Assembly (NCBI GenBank): GCA_965226825.1
Contig: CBDDED010000003.1
Coordinates: 2,566,033-2,630,032, forward strand
Direction: 5' to 3'
Length of the DNA: 64,000 nucleotides
From: Dehalococcoidia bacterium
GTDB taxonomy: Bacteria; Chloroflexota; Dehalococcoidia; Lucifugimonadales; UBA3495
In this document: piece after piece, positions 27,704-37,224 of the stretch
Numbering within the stretch: position 1 is the stretch's first letter
Layout: the number at the start of each line of letters is the position of its first letter
Made by a program: the position numbers and the translations under genes
Notes under the pieces: generated by a model
Databases searched by the model: none
Told to the model about the DNA's origin: nothing
The model's input: only the letters and a program-made list of their open reading frames with translations

Positions 27704-29002
27704 TTGGCAGAACAACAATCGGCGCAAGACGCCCCCGCAGAGAGCGCTCCCGCCCCCGCCGTTACGGCCAGAAGATCAACCAGGGGCGGCCTCCGCACCT
27801 TTGACTCCCTACGCGACAATCGAAACTACAGGTTCCTCTTCGCCGGCAACATATCGGCCAACGGCGCCCAGTGGCTCCAGCTCTTCACCGTGGGATGGCT
27901 GGTGCTTTCTATCAGCGAAGGCTCCGCGTTGCACTCGGTTGCCGTGGCTGGCATCAGGTCTCTGCCAGTTCTGGCCCTGGGTCCCTGGGCCGGCGTCCTC
28001 GCTGACCGGATAGACCGGCGAATGATCGCCATCACCTCCCACGCGGCCCAGGTTGTCTTTGCCGTGGGGTTTGCCGTCCTCATCGCTGGAGATTGGGTGC
28101 AGGTCTGGCATGCCTACTCTTACATGCTGCTGTCGGGAGCGGCCCACGCCATTCAACAGCCGGTCCGCCACGCCCTGGTAGCAAACACGGTCCCCAGGTC
28201 GGATTTGGCCAACGCCCTGGCGCTAAACGCCATGGGCGTCAACATCATGCGGCTGCTGGGTCCGCTGGTGGGCGGGCTCCTCATCAGCACGGTCGGCTTC
28301 AAGTGGAATTTCTTCTTTGAGGCGGCGCTCTATTTGGGGATGGCGTTGCTGCTGCTCCCAATGAAGACCCCCTTCCGCGAGGCCTCCACCGCCCAGCGAG
28401 TCTCAGCATTCACCAACCTCAAGGACGGGATCAAGTACATAGTGACCAGTTCTCCCCTCCGCCGGTTGACGTTGCTGAATTTCCTGCGCACCACCGTGTT
28501 CATGCCCCTGGTCCTTTTAATGCCGGTGTATACGCAAGACGCTCTGGGCGCCGGCGTTGGGACGGGCACCTTCATGATTGCCCTGATGGGCTGCGGCGGC
28601 TTGGCCACGACGATTCTCGTGGCCACCTGGGGGTTTGTCACCAAGAAAGGCCTGGTGACGATGCTGGCCCTGCTCACGGGCTCCGTGGTAATCTTCGTCT
28701 TGGGGCTATCCCATTGGGTCTGGCTGTCCCTGCCTCTGATGGTGTTCATGGGACTGTCCCAGACTCACTCCGTCGTCAGCAACAACATCTTGATCCAGTC
28801 ACTGGTGTCCGACAACCTGAGGGGACGGGTCTCCAGCGTCTGGCATTACGAATCGGGGTTGATACCGTTGGCGGCGGTAGCCATCGGTTACGTCGCCGAC
28901 CAGGTAAACATCAACACCGCCCTGATCGCGGTTGGAGCAACCTCCGCCGCCATCAGCCTGATATCCCTAATCAGGTTCAAGGACGTGCGGGCGTTGGATT
29001 GA
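27704..29002 (+). CDS. MFS transporter (12-TM, enterobactin-exporter-like subfamily)
   Basis: This 432-aa polytopic protein contains WAGVLADRIDRR (MFS motif A region). The TTG start is uncertain. Confidence 0.8.
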   Translation: MAEQQSAQDAPAESAPAPAVTARRSTRGGLRTFDSLRDNRNYRFLFAGNISANGAQWLQLFTVGWLVLSISEGSALHSVAVAGIRSLPVLALGPWAGVLADRIDRRMIAITSHAAQVVFAVGFAVLIAGDWVQVWHAYSYMLLSGAAHAIQQPVRHALVANTVPRSDLANALALNAMGVNIMRLLGPLVGGLLISTVGFKWNFFFEAALYLGMALLLLPMKTPFREASTAQRVSAFTNLKDGIKYIVTSSPLRRLTLLNFLRTTVFMPLVLLMPVYTQDALGAGVGTGTFMIALMGCGGLATTILVATWGFVTKKGLVTMLALLTGSVVIFVLGLSHWVWLSLPLMVFMGLSQTHSVVSNNILIQSLVSDNLRGRVSSVWHYESGLIPLAAVAIGYVADQVNINTALIAVGATSAAISLISLIRFKDVRALD

Positions 29003-29444
29003 CCGGCGGAACGCCTTGCACTTCACTGCGATGGACCCGGCAGGGGAATGCAGAGCGTTCAATCGACTCATCGACATGAAGTGCACTATCGTAGCTTCGA
29101 ACCCTACGCCGCTTCTGGCCGCAATCCGGTTGGCGAGGCATCCGAAAGCTCATGAAGTCAGGATGGGCCGATGTGTCAACCGGCGGTTCGTTGCCAGTAG
29201 ATGCCGGATCCTTGGCTCCGGGTGACCCTCCCCAGGGTGCCCGCTGGCAGGAGGTACAAAGGGCTATCAACAACTTTGTCGCCAATACGGCGGAAACCGC
29301 CCTGTTAATCTGTAAACCACTTACCAGCATCAAGGACAGCGCCAGTCCGGCAAGCATGGACACCTGCACGAAATGCGCCTGATAGGCCCACCGGCCCACT
29401 CCCAACCAAAACGCCGGCCCACCCCCGGCCGCTTCGCCCAACTC

Positions 29445-29834
29445 CTACCCCGGCAGGTGTACGACTGCCTCCACTTCCACCAACAGCTCCGGCCGCACCA
29501 GTCCGGCCACGATCACTGTTGAACTGGCAGGAGGATCACTAGGGAAGGTCTCGCTGCGCACCTTGCTGTAGGCAGGGTAGTTGGCCACGTCGGTGAGGAA
29601 GCAGGTTATCTTTACCACGTCGGCCATGGTCCCGCCTGCGGCTTCCACCACGCCTCGAATGTTTGCCATCACCTGCCGGGACTGGGCTTCACAGTCTCCC
29701 GGTCCCACCAGGTTGCCCGATGCGTCGTTGCCGACGTGACCGGACACGAATAGGAAATCGCCGGCTCGAATGCCGGGAGAAAGGGCCGGATTGGGGCTAA
29801 CGCCCGGGGGAATAATCGGAGTCCTGTCTGCCAT
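29445..29834 (-). CDS. RidA/YjgF family reactive-intermediate deaminase
   Basis: This is a 129-aa protein starting at MADRTPIIPPGV, with a GGAGGTGG SD. YjgF-family motifs include FVSGHVG and VEVEAV. The track start is over-extended. Confidence 0.85.
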   Translation of the reverse strand: MADRTPIIPPGVSPNPALSPGIRAGDFLFVSGHVGNDASGNLVGPGDCEAQSRQVMANIRGVVEAAGGTMADVVKITCFLTDVANYPAYSKVRSETFPSDPPASSTVIVAGLVRPELLVEVEAVVHLPG

Positions 29835-30023
29835 TTCACCACCTCCGTAAAAATCAATCAGAGTTGGAACCGGCTCCCTGCCAACTCCGGTAGGGATGAC
29901 CGCGTGTCCAGGAGACACACTCTTTCCGCCGGCGACTGTAGTATACAGTGGCGCTGATAATTGTGACGGCGGTTCCCAAATTCACTCTCAGGTCTCTCAA
30001 TCATGGCCAAACGCGGCTCCTCT

Positions 30024-30054
30024 CCCGTCATTCCCGCTACGGGTGAATCCCAGG
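30024..30054. repeat. solitary degenerate copy of the 35-nt hairpin module
   Basis: CCCGTCATTCCCGCTACGGGTGAATCCCAGG is close to the family consensus CCCGTCATTCTCGCCGCAGCGGGAATCCAGAGCCC. Confidence 0.6.
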
Positions 30055-30197
30055 CGGGGCTGTCGTCCGGCTAAAAACGCCGCCCTGACCGACGACCAAG
30101 CAGGATTCCAGTTGCAGTGTGAATGACTGGGGAGCCGGGTTGAGGGGATCTACGAGGGAGGGGGTGTTGTGGCGAGGATTGGGTGTAGCCTGTTCCA

Positions 30198-32567
30198 TTA
30201 AGCAGGCACGGACGCCATGCTACTGGAGCTATCGCGATATACGGACTTGATTCCGCTCACGCCCTCCAGCTTGGCGAACAGTTTACCCAACTGCTCCAGT
30301 CCGGTGGTATGGACCGTCAACTCGATGGTTACGGTGCCGTCGCTGAGCTCCTTGGTAATGACCGAGGCGATGTTGACCCGCTCTTCGGAAACCTGCATCG
30401 TCACGTCCCGGAGCAGCCCAACCCGGTCATAGGCTTTCATCATTATCCGGATGGGATAAAGGTGCTTGGCCTCGCCCCAATCCACCTTGACGATTCTCTC
30501 CTGCTCGTCCTCATTCTTCAGGCTCACGCAGTCCCTCTTGTGGACCGTTACGCCCCGTGAGCGGGTGATGAAGCCCAGAATGAGGTCGCCGGGAATAGGG
30601 TTACAACACCGGGCCATGCGTATCAGCAGGTCTCCCACACCCAGGACCGAAATTCCCGAACTCGGACTGGAAAGGGGCAGGTTTGGCTTTACCGGCGGCA
30701 GAGCGGGTTCGGTTTCCTTCCGTGATTCGGCCAGCCGGTGGGCCAGTTGGCTTTCGCTAATCACGCCCGAGCCCAAGTCGGCCAGCAAGTCGTCCATGTT
30801 CTCGTACTTGCTTATCGACAGTATCTCGGCATCGTCGACGTTCTGGTTGATTCGCCGCAATTCCCTCTTGAGGATCTCACGGCCCCGCTTGACGTTGGTC
30901 CCCCGGGCCTGCCGGCGGAACCAATGCCGGACGCTCTGCCTGGCGCCAGCGGACTTGACGTAACCCCGGTTGGGATTCAGCCAGTCCAGGCTGGGCCCGC
31001 GCTCCACCTTGGAGGCCATAACCTCCACCGTGTCGCCGTTCTGAAGCGCCGTGTCCAAAGACACCAGCCTTCCGTTGACCTTGGCGCCGATGCAACGGTG
31101 CCCAAGCTCGGTATGTATCTTGTAGGCGAAATCAATAGGGGTCGAGCCCGAGGTGAGCTCTATGATGTCTCCCTTTGGGGAGTAGACAAAAACCTGATCG
31201 TGGAAAAGGTCCTGTTTTACCGACTCGATAAACTCGTCGGTCCCGACCACTTCCCGTTGCCACTCCAACAATTGGCGCAGCCAGGTCATCTTCTCTTCGA
31301 ACAGGAGGTCTCCGGACTTTCCCTCTTTGTACCGCCAGTGAGCCGCCACACCGTACTCGGCAATCTGGTGGAGTTCGTAGGTCTTGATCTGGACTTCCAG
31401 GTGGTCACCGCCCTCGCAGATCACGGTGGTGTGCAGGGCCTGGTACAGATTATCTTTCGGATTGGCAATGTAATCGTCGAACTGCCCGCGTACGGGATGC
31501 CATAGCTGGTGGACCGCTCCCAATGCCTTGTAACAATCCTCCTTGGTCTCCACCAACACCCTGAGGGCATATAGATCGTAGATGTCGCTCAGTTCCTTGC
31601 CCTGCGCGGCGTATTTCTGCATTTTCAGGTAGGTGCTGTAGATGCCCTTGGGCCGCCCATATACCTCGGTTTTTACCCCGAAACCCTGCAACTCGGCGCT
31701 TAGCGTCGCCGACATCCGCTCGATGTACTCTTCCCGCTGCTCCCGCCTCACCGAGATCCACTCGGATATTTCCTGGTGCTTTTCGGCATTCAGGTGCCGG
31801 AAAGCCAGGTCATCCAACTGCACCTTGATCTCCCAGATGCCCAGGCGATGGGCCAGGGGCGAGTATATGTCCAGGGTTTCCTGGGCGATACGCTGCCGCT
31901 TTTCGGGAGCCAGGGCGTCCAGGGTCTCCATGTTGTGTAGCCGGTCGGCCAGCTTGATCAACACCACGCGGATGTCCTCCGCCATGGCCACGAGCATTTT
32001 TCTGAGACTTTCGGCGTAAACGGGGTCCTGGTCGTCGGGGAACCCCAGGCCGCTCGACTGAAGATCGTTGAAGCGCGAGTTGATCCGATCCAACTTGGTT
32101 ACGCCGTCCACCAGGGCGCTGACTTCCCGTCCGTAGCGAGACTCAACATCCTCAAGGCTCACGCCACAGTCCTCGACTACGTCGTGAAGCAGAGCAGCAA
32201 TGATGGTGTTGGGATCTAGGTGTAGTCCGGCCAGTAGGCGAGCGGTTGCCAGGGGGTGGGCGATGTAGGGCTCACCCGACTTTCGGGTTTGGCCCTGGTG
32301 GCATTGGTCGGCGAACGCGTATGCCTCGGCTACCAGCTCCGTAGATTCCGGTTCCAGGTAGCCGGATATCAGGTCAAGGAGGACCTGGGCTTCTTTGAGC
32401 GCTGCGCCTTCTAGTTTGACCACTCTGTCACGATGATAATCCCCTAAGCCCGGTATGTCCAGACAATTCCAACCGCCTTCATGTGGAAACAGCCTCTTGC
32501 GTTGACGAATGCCGTAACCCGCCACATCAAATCTCAGAAAAGCCCCACGCGTACCCACGGCTATCAC
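30198..32567 (-). CDS. rel: bifunctional (p)ppGpp synthetase/hydrolase Rel (RelA/SpoT homologue)
   Basis: It has the HD hydrolase (HDVVEDC), synthetase, TGS and ACT regions in canonical order. The first ~48 codons look non-homologous, and an alternative GTG lies at 32423. Confidence 0.9.
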   Translation of the reverse strand: MIAVGTRGAFLRFDVAGYGIRQRKRLFPHEGGWNCLDIPGLGDYHRDRVVKLEGAALKEAQVLLDLISGYLEPESTELVAEAYAFADQCHQGQTRKSGEPYIAHPLATARLLAGLHLDPNTIIAALLHDVVEDCGVSLEDVESRYGREVSALVDGVTKLDRINSRFNDLQSSGLGFPDDQDPVYAESLRKMLVAMAEDIRVVLIKLADRLHNMETLDALAPEKRQRIAQETLDIYSPLAHRLGIWEIKVQLDDLAFRHLNAEKHQEISEWISVRREQREEYIERMSATLSAELQGFGVKTEVYGRPKGIYSTYLKMQKYAAQGKELSDIYDLYALRVLVETKEDCYKALGAVHQLWHPVRGQFDDYIANPKDNLYQALHTTVICEGGDHLEVQIKTYELHQIAEYGVAAHWRYKEGKSGDLLFEEKMTWLRQLLEWQREVVGTDEFIESVKQDLFHDQVFVYSPKGDIIELTSGSTPIDFAYKIHTELGHRCIGAKVNGRLVSLDTALQNGDTVEVMASKVERGPSLDWLNPNRGYVKSAGARQSVRHWFRRQARGTNVKRGREILKRELRRINQNVDDAEILSISKYENMDDLLADLGSGVISESQLAHRLAESRKETEPALPPVKPNLPLSSPSSGISVLGVGDLLIRMARCCNPIPGDLILGFITRSRGVTVHKRDCVSLKNEDEQERIVKVDWGEAKHLYPIRIMMKAYDRVGLLRDVTMQVSEERVNIASVITKELSDGTVTIELTVHTTGLEQLGKLFAKLEGVSGIKSVYRDSSSSMASVPA

Positions 32568-32999
32568 AACCCACCACTGGAAGACTAGCGTAAGCCGGTG
32601 ACTTCAAAGCGTTGGCGTCGCTATATCCGCCGGCGCCCCTCGGTAACTGTTCAAACTTGGTGGGTCGAATTGGTCGAAGGCCGTTTGGCAGCCGTCAGTC
32701 TGAGCGTCAGCAACGGGGATTCGCCCCAGATTTTCGAACTTCAGACCCTCGGATCCCCTTAAGTCTGAACAGTTACGTCGTTATTGTGTTGACGACGGCA
32801 TGGAACGGTTGCCGGGGCACGGAAGCCGGTGGTATCAGATGGAGTAGGTTTGGCGACTCCAGTGGGCCAACGGGTTGAAATGGTCTTCACGATGCACGAC
32901 GCCGCCCCAGGGCTATCGCATCATAAACTGCGGCTGGTGCGTCCTAAATGTCCTGCTTCCCGCGGCTAGGAGAAGTCAGGATGGGGGCACAACCCCACC

Positions 33000-33180
33000 C
33001 CCGTCTTTCTCGCCGCAGCGGGAATCCAGAGCCCTTTATCTCAATAGCCTAGGTTAGGATACGCAGGACGCCTCGCCTCTTAGCCAAGCAGACCGGTCCC
33101 ATGCGGACCACTCCTGCATTGCCCCACGTACCTGGATGTGGGAACGGGCTCTGGATTCCCGCTGCGGCGGGAATGACGGG
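33000..33180. mobile_element. MITE-like inverted-repeat element (locus A)
   Basis: The left arm (33000..33036, CCCGTCTTTCTCGCCGCAGCGGGAATCCAGAGCCC) and right arm (33145..33180) are reverse complements. The element has no coding capacity. It is followed by the AATGCGATTGCCCT and TTTTGAGATAGTTTCT boxes (to 33242), which are shared with other repeats. Confidence 0.7.
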
Positions 33181-33456
33181 TGAGGGTCACCCGAGTATTG
33201 GCATTGTAAATGCGATTGCCCTGGACTTTTGAGATAGTTTCTTCAGGTTGAGCCACAGCAAACACCACGCAATATCTCACCACCCACATCTTGTCCCCCC
33301 AAAAGTTTGTCAGAGGCACCCCGCCACCTGGAGAAAATCGCCTGACGATCCGACCAATAAATCCGCACCTTTCTCAGGATTCACTCCTACGGGTAAATTT
33401 CAACCTCATTCCAATATCAACCCCTGCACGCCCCTCATTCTTGCTGCAGCCATTGG

Positions 33457-33528
33457 TGATAGAATCCTTCTCGTTGCGTCCGGCCGGTCTTAAGACAACC
33501 GGCCCCTTTGGGCGCGTGAACCGTTCAC
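33457..33528 (+). promoter_or_regulatory. candidate extended -10 promoter and 13-bp palindromic operator upstream of the MFS gene
   Basis: The elements are TGATAGAAT (33457..33465), a hairpin GGCCGGT-N9-ACCGGCC, and then the perfect palindrome GTGAAC-C-GTTCAC (33516..33528), 50 nt before the TTG start. Confidence 0.3.
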
Positions 33529-33577
33529 ACTTGAACCATTCAGAAAGGAACGCTCAGTTGTTCAAAGGAACTCTCGG

Positions 33578-35086
33578 TTGTTAAGTTCGGTCAAAAATAG
33601 CCCCAACTACAAGTACTGGGTCATCGGCGCGTTGGCCATCGGCATGTTCAGTTCGGTGGTGGACCACGGCAGCGTCAACATTGCCCTGCCATCGGTGGCC
33701 TCCGACTTCGGCACCGATCTGGCGACCATTCAGTGGGTGATTATCGGGTACGCCCTCACCATCAGCGCCCTGCTGCTCCCGATGGGACGGTTGGGGGACA
33801 TGGTGGGCCGGACCAACGTTTATGTCCTGGGAACCTTGATCTTTGTAGCCGGGGCCGCGCTCGCGGCCGCATCGCCCAATCTACCGGTCCTCGTTTTGGC
33901 TCGGATTGTCCAGGGCGGCGGCGCCGCCATGAGCCAGGGTACCGGAATGGCCATACTAATATCCACCTTCCCGGAAGGAGAGAGGGGCAAGGCACTGGGT
34001 ATGATGATGACCATCATCGGCATTGGGGCCATTGCCGGTCCGTCGCTGGGCGGGTTGCTGGTGGGGGCGTTCGGCTGGCAGTCCGTGTTCGTGTTCAGCA
34101 TTCCCCTCGGAATTCTGGCAGTGATTGCCTCATTGGCCATCCTGGACAAGACCCGCACCGGAGAGTCCGGCCCGGGTTCGACCAGGGGGAGGTTCGACTG
34201 GCTGGGAGCGACGCTGTCGGCAGCGGCGCTGCTGGCAGTGCTGATGCCGATAACCTTCGGGCCCAAATGGGGCTGGAGTTCTCCGCCAATCATCGGTTCA
34301 GGCGCGGCTTTTGCCGTCCTGCTATGCGGCTTCATCTGGTGGGAACTTCGGATCGCCGAGCCCCTGTTGGACCTCCGGTTGTTCCGGAGAAGAGTCTTTA
34401 CCCTGGGGGTTTCCTCCGCTTTCCTCACCTTCCTGGGGAGCTCGGCGGTCTTGTTTTTGACACCCTTCTACCTGCAGAGGGTGCATGGCTACAGTCCCAC
34501 TCAGGCAGGGCTCATCGTGGCGCCCGCCGCGATGTGTATCGCAGTGCTCGGGCCGATCAGCGGGCGCCTATCGGACCGTTATGGTTGGAGGATGCTCACG
34601 TCAGGCGGACTGGCCGTTTCTATCGTCGGAATTTTCATGCTGTCCAGCCTGGACGAGAACTCCTCCCTGCCCGTGATAATGTCGGCGTTGGTCTTACACA
34701 GCATAGGAATGGGGGCTTTTTTCTCGCCGAACACAAGCTCCATAATGAGCGCGGTAGAACGGAACCGGTTCGGCGCGGTTTCCGCGTTCACCAACCTGAT
34801 ACGGAATGGGGCCAATGTGACCAGCGTGGCCATGGCCACGGTGATCGTAACGGCCACCATGTCGTCGTTGGGGTTCCAGCCCAGTCTGGATGCGGTGGAA
34901 TGCGGTGGGAGCGGTGCGGGAGGCGATGCCTGCCAGGCGTTCACTACCGGTCTAAACCGGGCCTACTGGGCTATGGCAGGTCTTCTGATTGCCTCATTCT
35001 GCGTTTCGGTGGTTACGAGCAACAAGACCAGGGGACTATCCCCCGATCCAGGGGTGGGTGCAGAGGCCGGGCAATCTGGGCATTAA
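33578..35086 (+). CDS. MFS transporter, DHA2 (EmrB/QacA-like, 14-TM) drug:H+ antiporter family
   Basis: This 502-aa protein has an N-terminus (WVIGALAIGMFSSVVDHGSVNIALPSVASDFG, LPMGRLGDMVGR) typical of DHA2 transporters. Confidence 0.85.
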   Translation: MLSSVKNSPNYKYWVIGALAIGMFSSVVDHGSVNIALPSVASDFGTDLATIQWVIIGYALTISALLLPMGRLGDMVGRTNVYVLGTLIFVAGAALAAASPNLPVLVLARIVQGGGAAMSQGTGMAILISTFPEGERGKALGMMMTIIGIGAIAGPSLGGLLVGAFGWQSVFVFSIPLGILAVIASLAILDKTRTGESGPGSTRGRFDWLGATLSAAALLAVLMPITFGPKWGWSSPPIIGSGAAFAVLLCGFIWWELRIAEPLLDLRLFRRRVFTLGVSSAFLTFLGSSAVLFLTPFYLQRVHGYSPTQAGLIVAPAAMCIAVLGPISGRLSDRYGWRMLTSGGLAVSIVGIFMLSSLDENSSLPVIMSALVLHSIGMGAFFSPNTSSIMSAVERNRFGAVSAFTNLIRNGANVTSVAMATVIVTATMSSLGFQPSLDAVECGGSGAGGDACQAFTTGLNRAYWAMAGLLIASFCVSVVTSNKTRGLSPDPGVGAEAGQSGH

Positions 35087-35160
35087 CGGCCGCACCTCAC
35101 CCGGCTCATGTGCGGCGCAGGTAAGCCCCAAGTAAGCCATAGAGGTAAGCGTCAGGGGCG

Positions 35161-35943
35161 TTAGGCGTGGAGACGTTCGTAGGCTGACAAGCGTTCTATG
35201 CCGTGTTCCTGATCGTATTCCGGAGCGGCAACCAGTTGGCCGGTCATGGTTTCGGCGGTCTGCAGCCCCATGAACACCGCCACCTCGGCAATGTCGTCTG
35301 GCAAACGCATCCGCTTGTGGACCTCATCGTCGTAGTCGTCGTTGGGCTTGGTCAGGTTCCAGCCCGGATCGAGAATGTTGACCGCGATGCCGTAGTCCTT
35401 GACCTCGTCGGCCAGAGCTTCGCTGAGTCGTTCCACGGCGGCTTTGCACGCCGCATAGGAAGCTTGCCCCGCTCTGCCGCGGCGAGCAACGTTTTTGGAC
35501 GTCATGTTGACGATGACCCCGGTGCGGCGCTCTATCATGTGAGGCAGGACCGCCTTGCACACCATAAAGGTGGTGGTGAGGTTGGATTCCATCACCAGGC
35601 TCCATTCCTCCGGGGTGATGTCCAGCACCGTCACCGAGTGGGTCAGGTCTTTGGTGAACAACCGGTAGCCGCCGGCATTGTTGACCAGGACGTCTATCTT
35701 GCCCAGGTTGCTGACAGTCTCGTCAACAGCCCGGGCGGCTCCCTCGCTGGTGGTAAGCTCGGCGTTTACCGTGTGGGCCCGGCGGCCCAAGGCGCGGATC
35801 TCGCTTGCCACGGCATCCAACTCTGACGGTGTACGGGCAACCACGCCAACGTCAGCGCCTTCCCTAGCATAGGCCAGGGCCATAGACCGGCCCAACCCGC
35901 GGGCCCCGCCGGTTACCAACGCAACCTTCCCTTCTAACTGCAT
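35161..35943 (-). CDS. SDR family oxidoreductase
   Basis: This is a 260-aa protein starting at MQLEGKVALVTGGARGLG, with a GAGGGA SD. The track start at 36018 is over-extended. Confidence 0.9.
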   Translation of the reverse strand: MQLEGKVALVTGGARGLGRSMALAYAREGADVGVVARTPSELDAVASEIRALGRRAHTVNAELTTSEGAARAVDETVSNLGKIDVLVNNAGGYRLFTKDLTHSVTVLDITPEEWSLVMESNLTTTFMVCKAVLPHMIERRTGVIVNMTSKNVARRGRAGQASYAACKAAVERLSEALADEVKDYGIAVNILDPGWNLTKPNDDYDDEVHKRMRLPDDIAEVAVFMGLQTAETMTGQLVAAPEYDQEHGIERLSAYERLHA

Positions 35944-36204
35944 CTGTCCCTCACGTTTTGCCCGCCATTTTTCTGGCTGGATGACCGGTAGCGGGCCTGT
36001 ATACTTTTGGATTATCACAGGTTGGGCGTCACCTTCGTGTCGGCATTTCGCAAGTTGTATGTGACGGCCCTAACTGCTTATCGGGGGTCTTAGCTGGCGC
36101 TAGTGCGCCTACTATCAGTTTCATCACCATCCGGTGTGGGAACCGTAAAAGGGCTGATGATAGGCAAAGTGGACCGGCTAAGAACACCGCAAGCAACAAG
36201 GAAT

Positions 36205-36638
36205 TTAAAGGGCATAAGTGTAATCCGCGGACACCACCCTGAATGTCAAACGGTTGTTCGAAGGGTCAAAAACCATTCGCCACTGGTTCAAGATATCTCT
36301 ACCCAACAATGATGGGATATCCATTATATTCGGCGATGGCTTGCAGATTCTCAACTGTAACGAATAAACGTATAGAGAACGCCTACCTTCGCTAAAAGCC
36401 AAAAGAGCTGGTTCCAAAAATTTTCGGTAGCTCCTCCGATACCGACGCTCGTGGTACTTTCTTCTAACCGGGAGTAGTCAACTCCCATACCTTGCCCGTC
36501 CAGTGGCATCAGTAAGGTCGAGTCCGCTCCAGTATCTACGATAAACGAAACGTCTCTACGCATTTCTAGCCTGGGAATAACGAGGCGACCCTACTTGGAG
36601 GGTCGCCCAGAAGTGTCTCCAAATCTACCTCGCAGCAT
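36205..36638 (-). pseudogene. retropepsin-like (clan AA) aspartic protease, disrupted by an in-frame TAG and a -1 frameshift
   Basis: ATG 36638 gives MLRGRFGDTSGRPSK, then TAG (36593..36591), then GRLVIPRLEMRRDVSFIVDTGADSTLL...GIGGATENF. The frame switches to -1 at AAAATTTTT (36424..36416) and continues LEPALLAFSEG...PSLLGRDILNQWRMVFD to the stop at 36205. The DTGA active-site motif is present. Confidence 0.7.
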
Positions 36639-36647
36639 ACCGTTCGG

Positions 36648-36935
36648 TCACAGAATCATCGTGCGCTCAGTTGTGTCAATGAACCTAATGATCAGGTTCC
36701 GTCTTGGTAATTTCTTTTTTTCAACTTCACCCATCAGCGCCTCGAAGGTTTTTGCATTAGCCTTAACCTTGCCTTCTACAACGGCTATCCACTGGTTAGG
36801 GTATTCGTCAATCATTCTCGGTCGGTCCGAAGACAGGGCTTTCGCCGACCGCCGAAATGCTTCTAGTTCTTTTACCACGTCAGCAGGGTTACCTAATTGC
36901 TCACGGATGACTGTATCAGTGAGCGCTGTTCCCAT
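36648..36935 (-). CDS. small DUF5678-like protein (partner of the retropepsin gene)
   Basis: This is a 95-aa protein from ATG 36935 (AAGGAGG SD, 6-nt spacer), with the motif YPNQWIAVVEGKVKANAKTFEALMGEV. Its stop lies 9 nt before the protease ATG. The family name is from memory only. Confidence 0.6.
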   Translation of the reverse strand: MGTALTDTVIREQLGNPADVVKELEAFRRSAKALSSDRPRMIDEYPNQWIAVVEGKVKANAKTFEALMGEVEKKKLPRRNLIIRFIDTTERTMIL

Positions 36936-37139
36936 GGTTACTCCTCCTTTCAATGACTGCCATTAAGCACGTTAACTCAGGGACCCTTTGAACGGGAGCT
37001 ATTGGGACAATGAAGCAACGGGCGACCCAAAGGTTGCAGTCCAATATCAAGCGACGATGTCCAAATTAGCAGCTCGCCATTCAATGAATCGCAGGCTTAC
37101 AGACTCCCAAAGCCCGTTGTCTCCAGGCACAATTCATAG

Positions 37140-37174
37140 CCGTACCGGGGTGGTCTGGCGAAACCCCGGTACGG
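37140..37174 (-). terminator. perfect 11-bp hairpin (possible terminator of the upstream VOC gene)
   Basis: The hairpin is CCGTACCGGGG-N13-CCCCGGTACGG, with no strong U-tract. Confidence 0.3.
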
Positions 37175-37224
37175 TCTCCAGCGTTTGAACTATGACGGGG
37201 GAAGGGCCCCGAAAACGACTAAGT

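Noticed and set aside
29085-29105. T-arm-like hairpin CGTAG-GGTTCGAAG-CTACG (minus strand), a possible tRNA fragment
   Set aside because: The loop is 9 nt and there is no matching acceptor, D or anticodon arm in the flanks.
28977-29441. 154-aa minus-strand ORF downstream of ridA, with a possible two-TM N-terminus
   Set aside because: It has no SD, its 3' end overlaps the MFS gene end, and its C-terminal two-thirds are low-complexity and Arg/Pro-rich. A short membrane peptide cannot be excluded, but I cannot support it.
36591-36593. In-frame TAG in the retropepsin gene as a pyrrolysine or readthrough codon
   Set aside because: No pyl genes or other in-frame TAGs are seen in the window's genes. 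A nonsense mutation is the simpler explanation, and the recoding possibility is kept only as a low-probability note in the finding.
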